A stretch of DNA of 64,000 bases, taken from assembly GCA_965652295.1 (NCBI GenBank), contig CBFGTS010000012.1:32001-96000 (forward strand), read 5' to 3'. The notes under the pieces are model-generated. The model was not told the DNA's origin and did not search any database. It saw only the letters and a program-made list of their open reading frames with translations. Made by a program: the position numbers and the translations under genes. Every line of letters starts with the position of its first letter. The stretch's first letter is position 1. Below are positions 57,497 through 64,000 of the stretch, piece by piece. Origin of the DNA: an uncultured Haloferula sp. (GTDB lineage Bacteria; Verrucomicrobiota; Verrucomicrobiia; Verrucomicrobiales; Akkermansiaceae).

Positions 57497-58879
57497 ATGC
57501 CTTCGGTCGCCATTGTCGGACGCCCCAACGTGGGGAAATCCGCGCTCTTCAACCGCCTCGCCAAACGGAGGATCGCCATCGTCCACGATCAGCCCGGGGT
57601 CACGCGCGACCGATTGTCGGCGCCCTGCATGGCGACGAAGACGCCGTGCCAGGTCATCGATACCGGTGGCATCGGCGCCACACTCGACGACGGCTTCGCT
57701 CAGCAGGTCGCGTTGGAGGCCGATATCGCCATCCAAACAGCCGACCTGATCCTCTTCGTCGTCGATGCCCAGGAAGGCCTCACGCCGATCGACCGCGCCT
57801 TGGCCCAGAAGCTCCGCAAGGCGGACCGAACGGTGCTGATGGTCATCAACAAGGTCGATGATCCGAAACACGAGTCGGCCTACATGGAAATGTCGGCCCT
57901 CGGCCTCGGCGAAGGCATCTTCGTTTCCGCCGAGCACGGCCGGAACATGCACGCGCTCATCGACGAGATCGACCGCCACATGAGCCCCCTCGTCGGCGAA
58001 ATCGAAGAAGCCGCCGAAGTCGCGGAAAAGGCCGGCATCAAGCTGACCATCGTCGGCAAGCCCAACGCCGGCAAATCCTCGCTCGTCAACGCCATCCTCA
58101 AGGACGAGCGGACCATCGTCTCGGAAATCGCCGGCACCACCCGCGATGCCGTCGATCTCCCCTACACCTTCGAGGGCGAGCAGTTCACCTTGATCGACAC
58201 CGCCGGTCTCCGCCCCCGCGGCCGGCGCGACTCTTCCGTGGAGGTGTTTTCCGCGATGCGCACGGAAAAGGCCATCCGCCGGGCCGACCTTTGCATCCTC
58301 GTCGTCGACCTGGCTGCCGGAGTGAGCGCGCAGGACCGGAAAATCGCCCAGCTCATCCTCAAGGAGAAGAAGCCCTGCCTGATCGTCCTCAACAAATTCG
58401 ACCTCTTCCACCCCGGCGCACCTCAAAAGCACCGCCAGAAGGAGGCCGAAGAGCAGGTCCGTCGCGAACTGTTCTTCCTCCACTACGCCCCCTTCGTCTG
58501 CGTTTCCGCCAAGGAAGGCACCGCCGTCCACCACGTCCTCAAGGAGGCGATCAAGATCCGCAACACGGCGCGTAAGATCCCCACCACCGGCGTGCTCAAC
58601 CGCATGCTCCAGCTCGCCTTCCAGACGAATCCGCCACCGACCATCGGCAAGAGCACCAAGCGCTTGAAGCTCTACTACGCCACCACCGCCATCAACGAGC
58701 GCTATGCCGTGGTGCCCGTGCCGACCTTCGTTCTCTTCGTGAACGACAAGGCGCTGATCACCTCCAGCTACGAGCAGTATCTCACCAACAAGCTCCGCCA
58801 GGAACACCCCTCTCCCGGCATCCCGGTGGTCTTCTCCGTGCGCTCACGCCGCCGGGAGGAACGGGATCATCATGGCTGA
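57497..58879 (+). CDS. der: Ribosome biogenesis GTPase Der (EngA)
   Basis: Two G domains: GRPNVGKS/DTGG/NKVD and GKPNAGKS/DTAG/NKFD; KH-like C-terminus. Confidence 0.96.
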   Translation: MPSVAIVGRPNVGKSALFNRLAKRRIAIVHDQPGVTRDRLSAPCMATKTPCQVIDTGGIGATLDDGFAQQVALEADIAIQTADLILFVVDAQEGLTPIDRALAQKLRKADRTVLMVINKVDDPKHESAYMEMSALGLGEGIFVSAEHGRNMHALIDEIDRHMSPLVGEIEEAAEVAEKAGIKLTIVGKPNAGKSSLVNAILKDERTIVSEIAGTTRDAVDLPYTFEGEQFTLIDTAGLRPRGRRDSSVEVFSAMRTEKAIRRADLCILVVDLAAGVSAQDRKIAQLILKEKKPCLIVLNKFDLFHPGAPQKHRQKEAEEQVRRELFFLHYAPFVCVSAKEGTAVHHVLKEAIKIRNTARKIPTTGVLNRMLQLAFQTNPPPTIGKSTKRLKLYYATTAINERYAVVPVPTFVLFVNDKALITSSYEQYLTNKLRQEHPSPGIPVVFSVRSRRREERDHHG

Positions 58880-58880
58880 T

Positions 58881-58910
58881 GTGCGCCTCGCCGGCGCGGC
58901 GCGTCCCTAC
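58881..58910 (-). repeat. REP-like element with GTAG head
   Basis: Minus strand reads GTAG-GGAC-GCGCC...GGCGC. Confidence 0.35.
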
Positions 58911-58978
58911 CAAATCTGACGGATCGCCAAAAAAATCCGTGCTCACCGGCGTCCATCCGTGGTTCCTGAAGGCACAGC

Positions 58979-59953
58979 ATGGCACTTCTCGACGTCCAGC
59001 ACCTCACCACCCGCTTCCACACCCGCAATGGCATCGTCCACGCGGTCGAGGATGTCTCGTTCTCGGTGGAGCCCGGGCAAACGCTTGGCATCGTCGGCGA
59101 ATCGGGCTCAGGGAAATCCGTGACCTGCTACTCGCTGCTCGGTCTCATCCCCCAGCCTCCCGGACGGATCCACGCGGGGACGGCGATGTTTGATGGCATC
59201 GATCTTCTATCGTGCGGTGAAAAGCAGCTCCGCAAGATCCGCGGCAAGCGCATCTCAATGATTTTCCAGGATCCCATGACCTCGCTGAATCCCTACATGC
59301 GGATTCGCGAGCAGCTCACCGAACCCCTCGAACTCCACGAAGGCATGCGCGGAAGGGCCGCCATCGCCCGTGCGGTGGAAGCCCTGGCCGAGGTCGGCAT
59401 CCCCGATCCCGAGAAACGGATCACTTCCTACCCCCACGAGTTTTCCGGCGGCATGCGCCAGCGGGTCATGATCGCCATGGCCCTCATCACCCGCCCCGAA
59501 CTCCTCATCTGTGACGAACCCACGACCGCCCTCGACGTCACCGTGCAGAAACAGGTGCTCGACCTGATCCGCGATCGTCAGAAGGAACTCGGAACGGCGG
59601 TCGTTTTCATCACCCACGATCTCGAGGTCATTTCGCAAGTCTGCGACCACGTGAACGTGATGTATGCAGGACGGATCGTCGAAAGCGCCGCCAACCAAAC
59701 GCTCTTCCGCCACCCTCGGCACGCCTACACCCGCTCGCTTCTCCAGAGCATCCCGGCCCGGCACCGCAAAGGAGAACCGCTCTACACCATCCCGGGGCTG
59801 CCGCCGGACATGTCGGATCCGCCTCCGGGCTGCGCATTCCACCCGCGCAACCGCATCGGCAAACCCGAGCTGTGCGTGACTGATCGCGCCCCCGGGCTGA
59901 AGGAAATCGAGCCCGGCCACTTCGTCCAAGACTGCCCGGGCTGCCTGGCTTGA
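58979..59953 (+). CDS. Oligo/dipeptide ABC transporter ATP-binding protein (OppD/DppD-like)
   Basis: [50 protein letters not shown]. Confidence 0.92.
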   Translation: MALLDVQHLTTRFHTRNGIVHAVEDVSFSVEPGQTLGIVGESGSGKSVTCYSLLGLIPQPPGRIHAGTAMFDGIDLLSCGEKQLRKIRGKRISMIFQDPMTSLNPYMRIREQLTEPLELHEGMRGRAAIARAVEALAEVGIPDPEKRITSYPHEFSGGMRQRVMIAMALITRPELLICDEPTTALDVTVQKQVLDLIRDRQKELGTAVVFITHDLEVISQVCDHVNVMYAGRIVESAANQTLFRHPRHAYTRSLLQSIPARHRKGEPLYTIPGLPPDMSDPPPGCAFHPRNRIGKPELCVTDRAPGLKEIEPGHFVQDCPGCLA

Positions 59954-59988
59954 CTCCCCCGGAATTGGTTGCCTCATCCGGGTAAGCG

Positions 59989-60016
59989 AAAGGCGGAGGC
60001 AATCGCCCCCGCCTTT
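59989..60016. terminator. Bidirectional terminator between the oppD-like gene and dnaN
   Basis: AAAGGCGGAGGC-AATC-GCCCCCGCCTTT. Confidence 0.75.
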
Positions 60017-60054
60017 GAAATTCCTGCAAGTCGTTCGGAAAAACCGCCGCCTGC

Positions 60055-61152
60055 TCAGCCGGTCACGCGCATCGGCATGATGACGTAAAGGAAGCTACCC
60101 TCGATTCGGACCACCCCGGGGCTCATTTCATCGATGAGATCGAGGTAAACCGTTTCCTCCTCGAGATTCTGGAGCGGTGCCTTGAGGAACTCCGGGTTGA
60201 AAGCGATCTGAAGGTCCTTACCGTCGTAGGGCACCTCCATGTTTTCCCGGGCCTCGCCGACATCCGGTGAGTTCGCGGTAACCTCGACCTGGTTCGGCGA
60301 AAACACGAGCTTCACCGAGTTCGACTTGTCGGACGAGAGCAGCGACACACGACGGACCGTTTCGAGCGTCGCCTCGCGCGGCAGCTCGACCCGCACGCTC
60401 GAATCGCCCGGAATGACCTGACGGTAGTTCGGGTAATTGCCCTCGATCAGCTTGCTGACCAGCAGGTGCTCACCGATCGAGAAGGAAATCTGGCTGTCGC
60501 TGAGCCGGACGAGCACTTCGCCCTCGGTGCCGAGAAGCCGCTGGAGTTCCTGCACGGCCTTGGTCGGCACGATCACATCCACCTCCTGGCTCGCCGGGAA
60601 CTCGAGATCGTTCTCCACCATCGCCAACCTGCGGCCATCCGTGGCCACCAAGGTCAGCTTGCCCTCGCGGAACGAGGTGAAAATGCCGTTCAACACGTAG
60701 CGGGTCTCGTCCGTCGAGATGGCGTAGGCGGTTTTCTTCAGTCCGTCGCGCAGCAGCGCCTGGGGGATGCGGTATTCCTTCGCCCCTTCGAAGTCCGGCA
60801 GCGGCGGGAAGTCATCCTGGCCGAGGCCGATGATCTTGAAGAACGACGGTCCGCACTGAATCGAGGCGACATTCTTGGCATCCACGGAAATCTCCACCTC
60901 GCTGGCGGGAAGTTCGCGGATGATGTTCACCAGCTTCTTGGCCGGCAGCGTCGTCGCTCCGTCCTTGCTGACGTTTGCCTCCACCGACCCGGTGATGCCC
61001 ACATCCAGGTCCGTCGTGGTCAGGCGCAAGCGGCCCTCCTCAGCGACGAGAAGAACGTTTGATAGGATGGGAAGCGTGGTGCGCGTGCTGACAACATGCT
61101 GCACCTTCTGCAGCCCATCCAGAAGGGCTTCTTTGGAAACAGTGAACTTCAT
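60055..61152 (-). CDS. dnaN: DNA polymerase III beta sliding clamp
   Basis: TTLPILSNVL, TTDLD, STDETRYVLNG, VATDGRRLA, LIEGNYPNYRQVIP, AFNP, YVIMPMR. Confidence 0.97.
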   Translation of the reverse strand: MKFTVSKEALLDGLQKVQHVVSTRTTLPILSNVLLVAEEGRLRLTTTDLDVGITGSVEANVSKDGATTLPAKKLVNIIRELPASEVEISVDAKNVASIQCGPSFFKIIGLGQDDFPPLPDFEGAKEYRIPQALLRDGLKKTAYAISTDETRYVLNGIFTSFREGKLTLVATDGRRLAMVENDLEFPASQEVDVIVPTKAVQELQRLLGTEGEVLVRLSDSQISFSIGEHLLVSKLIEGNYPNYRQVIPGDSSVRVELPREATLETVRRVSLLSSDKSNSVKLVFSPNQVEVTANSPDVGEARENMEVPYDGKDLQIAFNPEFLKAPLQNLEEETVYLDLIDEMSPGVVRIEGSFLYVIMPMRVTG

Positions 61153-61295
61153 GGCTCGGAAGCCGCCTCGCTTCGTAAGGCGGCGCGGCCATGCTCTCCG
61201 CATTCCCGAAGACTTGGCAAGCCTTCGTTTGGATAGAAAAGCAGTCTCTCCCGATCAGCGGGCCTCACTGAATTTCAAAAACTTTCGCAAGTGCC

Positions 61296-62804
61296 TCAGC
61301 GTCTTAGCTCCGTCTGGATCCGGTCGATCCGATCACGCAATTCGGAATCACTCGCCAGCAACGTGCTGACCTTCCGCACCGCATGAATCACCGTGCCGTG
61401 ATCACGCCCGCCGAAGGCCTCGCCGATCTCGATCAGCGAGCTTTTCGTCAAGGTGCGGCTCAGATACATGGCCACCTGCCGCGGGCCGGCAATGCTCGCC
61501 GGGCGGCGGCGGCTCGTCATGTCCGCCAGCCGCAGATCGTAATGCTCGGCCACCATCCGCTGGATGGAGTCGATCGTGACCTGCTTGCTGTTCTCCTCCC
61601 GGAAAAGGTCGCGCAGCAGGTGCTCCACCTTCTCCTGGGTGATGCGTTCGCCCGCCAACGAGGCATAGGTGCCCACCCGCATGAGCCCGCCTTCGAGCCG
61701 GCGGACGTTGGTTTTGAGTCGCTCCGCCAACATGCGGACGATCCCGTCGTCGACCCGCACGCCCCAGTCCTCGACCTTCTTGTGCAGGATCGCCAGGCGC
61801 GTTTCAAAAGCCGGCGGTTGCAGCTCAACGGTAAGCCCGCATTCGAAGCGCGAGACCAGTCGTGGCTCGAGTTGTTTGATTTCCGAAGCCGGCCGGTCGC
61901 TTGTCAGGATCACCTGGCAGCGCCCGTCCAGCAGGGTGTTGAAGGTATGGAAGAACTCCTCCTGGGAGCGATCCTTGCCGCCGAGGAACTGCACATCATC
62001 GATGAGCATCAACTCCGCGTTGCGGTAGCGGTTGCGGAAACGGGCGAGGTCGCCCTTGCGGACCGCCTCGATGAACTCGTTGATGAAGCGCTCGCAGGTC
62101 AGATAAACCACTTTGGCCCCTTCCACACGCCCGAGCCACTCTTGGCCCACAGCCTGCATCAGGTGGGTTTTTCCAAGGCCCGGCCCGCCATGGATGAAGA
62201 GCGGGTTGTAGGCCCCGCCCCGACCTTCGGCCACCGCCTCACTGGCGGCATGGGCGAACTGGCTGTTGGCACCGACGACGAAACTATCGAACCGGAACGA
62301 GGGGTTCAACCCGGCCCTCTTCAGGCGCTTCTCGAACCGATCCGGTGCATCCTCCGACCTCGTGTCCGGGAACCAGTCCGGCTTGTCCTGCTCCTCGACG
62401 GCCGTCACCGGGCTGCGGTTCGCGCCGGGCTGGACCACATCGATCCGCACCTGGGAAAGCTCGGCGATGACCTCTCCGAGCACCGACTTCAGCTCATCGA
62501 TGTAGTTCGTCTCGATCCACACCTGGTGAATCTCATTGGGCACCTCGACAACTGCCACGCCATCGGCGATCGAGCCCAGATTCGCCGCATTGAACCAACG
62601 CTCAAAAGCATCCCTGCCCACCATCGGACTCAGGAGATCACACGCCCGGCTCCACGCCGCGCCATCCTCCCCCGCCGTCTCGCATTCCTCCGCTTCCGTA
62701 AACGTGCCCACCGGTTCCATCTCGTTCTCCAAATCTCTCGATCGTTCTGCTGTTCGGGGTTTCTCTCGCGGGTCGGGTTTCGTGTTTCCGGCGCGAGACG
62801 ACAT
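61296..62804 (-). CDS. dnaA: Chromosomal replication initiator DnaA (start uncertain: 62804 or 62720)
   Basis: FDSFVVGANSQFA, YNPLFIHGGPGLGKTHL, IDDVQF, QEEFFHTFN, RLVSRF, NVRRLEG, RQVAMYL, GGRDHGTV. Confidence 0.97.
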   Translation of the reverse strand: MSSRAGNTKPDPREKPRTAERSRDLENEMEPVGTFTEAEECETAGEDGAAWSRACDLLSPMVGRDAFERWFNAANLGSIADGVAVVEVPNEIHQVWIETNYIDELKSVLGEVIAELSQVRIDVVQPGANRSPVTAVEEQDKPDWFPDTRSEDAPDRFEKRLKRAGLNPSFRFDSFVVGANSQFAHAASEAVAEGRGGAYNPLFIHGGPGLGKTHLMQAVGQEWLGRVEGAKVVYLTCERFINEFIEAVRKGDLARFRNRYRNAELMLIDDVQFLGGKDRSQEEFFHTFNTLLDGRCQVILTSDRPASEIKQLEPRLVSRFECGLTVELQPPAFETRLAILHKKVEDWGVRVDDGIVRMLAERLKTNVRRLEGGLMRVGTYASLAGERITQEKVEHLLRDLFREENSKQVTIDSIQRMVAEHYDLRLADMTSRRRPASIAGPRQVAMYLSRTLTKSSLIEIGEAFGGRDHGTVIHAVRKVSTLLASDSELRDRIDRIQTELRR

Positions 62805-62879
62805 GCACCGGTTTACCCCCCTGCCACCGCCCCGGGGAACTCGTTTTCGCGTCGCCCGCGCCGCCGCGGAAAAGAGTCC

Positions 62880-63020
62880 CGTTTCCACAAGTGTTCCACG
62901 TCTAAATTTTTTTAGAACTTGACCCTAATTTTGATTCAGCAACCCAAAGTTTCGATTCCCCCGGATCTAACACAATGCCCCCGTTTTACCTTATGAATCA
63001 AAGAGTTCCGCAACAAAATG
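62880..63020. other. Probable replication origin (oriC) region
   Basis: AT-rich non-coding stretch upstream of dnaA, with DnaA-box-like GTTTCCACA (62881) and TGTTCCACG (62892) next to TCTAAATTTTTTTAGA. Confidence 0.6.
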
Positions 63021-63152
63021 GGGCTCATTCCGACGTGACAGGTTCGTCACAGCTCCATCCTCCGTCGGCCTCCCCCGCTGAGGATTGCTGATCGTCAACC
63101 AGTTCTTCCACGAAGGCGCGGAACACGGCCGAACCGCGGAGTGATCGGAAGC

Positions 63153-64000
63153 TCAAGCAACGGCTCGAGGACGCCCCGCCAGGTAGCCGAACAAGAAGGT
63201 GACCAGAGCGGTGACCGGCCATGCCCAGGCATAGCACCAGAGAGGCCGGAGAACCCCTTCACCCAGAGCAGCGGCGTCAAAGGTGTGCAGAACCCCCAGC
63301 CACTCCAACGGTACCCCGGCCTTGCCAAGCAACACCCACAGATCGGCACGGATGAGGGCAACCAGCACGAAGGAAACGGCGGAACCCCAAGCCAGGCTGG
63401 TGATGTTTCCGCGCTTCAAAACCGCACAAACCATGATGCCCAACAACGGACCCACGGTATAACTGGTCATGCCGAAAGCCAGTGGCAGGATCGGAATCCC
63501 CTCGCGCGCCACGTTCAGCAGCAGCGTGAACCCGGTGAGCAACAAGCCCCACAGGATCACCAGCAGGCGCGATTTCCATACGAGATTCAGCCCCTCCAGC
63601 TCGGCATCGGTGCGATCCTCGGGGTGATAAAACAACGACAAGGTGGTCTGGCTGAGCGCCGCCAGGATCGAGTCGAGGCTCGAGATCGACGCCGCGAACA
63701 CCCCCGCCAGCAACAAGCCGCTCAGGCCCGTGGGCAGCACCGTCACGATCCACATGGGAAACACGTAGTCATGCTCACCCGGGGCAAGCACCCGGCTCCC
63801 GGCGATGGTTTCGTCGCCCGCGTGGATCAGCGCCGCCTCATCGGGACTGAAGGGATTCGCATGATAGTGGACGAAAAGCGCCGCACCCACCAACAGCATC
63901 AGCAGCGTGAGGAGCTGCCCGAAACAACTGAACACCAGCGCCTTCGAAGCATCCTTCGCATTGCGGCAGCAGAACATCCGCTGCGCGTTGAGCTGATCGA
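63153..64000 (-). CDS. Sodium:solute symporter family protein (5' part lies outside the window)
   Basis: DQLNAQRMFCCR, VFP.WIV..LP.GL.GLLLAGVFAASISSLDS, YT.GPLLG. Confidence 0.85.
   Translation of the reverse strand, partial: DQLNAQRMFCCRNAKDASKALVFSCFGQLLTLLMLLVGAALFVHYHANPFSPDEAALIHAGDETIAGSRVLAPGEHDYVFPMWIVTVLPTGLSGLLLAGVFAASISSLDSILAALSQTTLSLFYHPEDRTDAELEGLNLVWKSRLLVILWGLLLTGFTLLLNVAREGIPILPLAFGMTSYTVGPLLGIMVCAVLKRGNITSLAWGSAVSFVLVALIRADLWVLLGKAGVPLEWLGVLHTFDAAALGEGVLRPLWCYAWAWPVTALVTFLFGYLAGRPRAVA

Noticed and set aside
63025..63156. Small minus-strand ORF coupled to the symporter stop (LSFRSLRG...PVTSE)
   Set aside because: No recognisable motif, weak TTG start, and it overlaps the putative origin boxes; cannot be supported without homologs.

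Overview
GC-rich bacterial chromosome segment, probably Verrucomicrobiota (Haloferula/Luteolibacter-like). This is inferred from mcsA-mcsB-clpC without ctsR, a PVC-restricted TIGR04138-like gene and DnaA carrying RDHGTV. The window is mostly core genome ending at dnaN-dnaA and a probable oriC (about 62.9-63.0 kb). It contains glmM-glmU-like-glmS, thyA-folA, cinA-rsfS-rnc, tRNA-Val(GAC), tRNA-His(GTG), queE, hpf, a sulfate-uptake block (Rrf2 regulator, YezD/DUF2292, porin, sbp-cysTWA) followed by an Amj-like flippase and an Xre/RES toxin-antitoxin pair, addAB, clpC-mcsB-mcsA-ilvE, thiD, miaA, proAB, hisI, rplS, pgsA and der. I found no CRISPR array, prophage, integrase or transposase. The best candidates for undescribed biology are mostly non-coding or architectural: (i) a ~140-nt minus-strand sRNA with three successive CCCC-loop hairpins between glmS and thyA; (ii) a ~210-nt multibranch structured leader before an RRM protein with RNase E-scaffold-like features; (iii) a BlaI/CopY repressor fused to a histone H1-like tail with a possible internal start; (iv) a paired GTTCA-N8-TGAAC operator at the glm operon; (v) twin ACNA-loop hairpins after yezD; (vi) widespread leaderless-type promoters. 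All family assignments come from motif recognition by eye, not from database searches.
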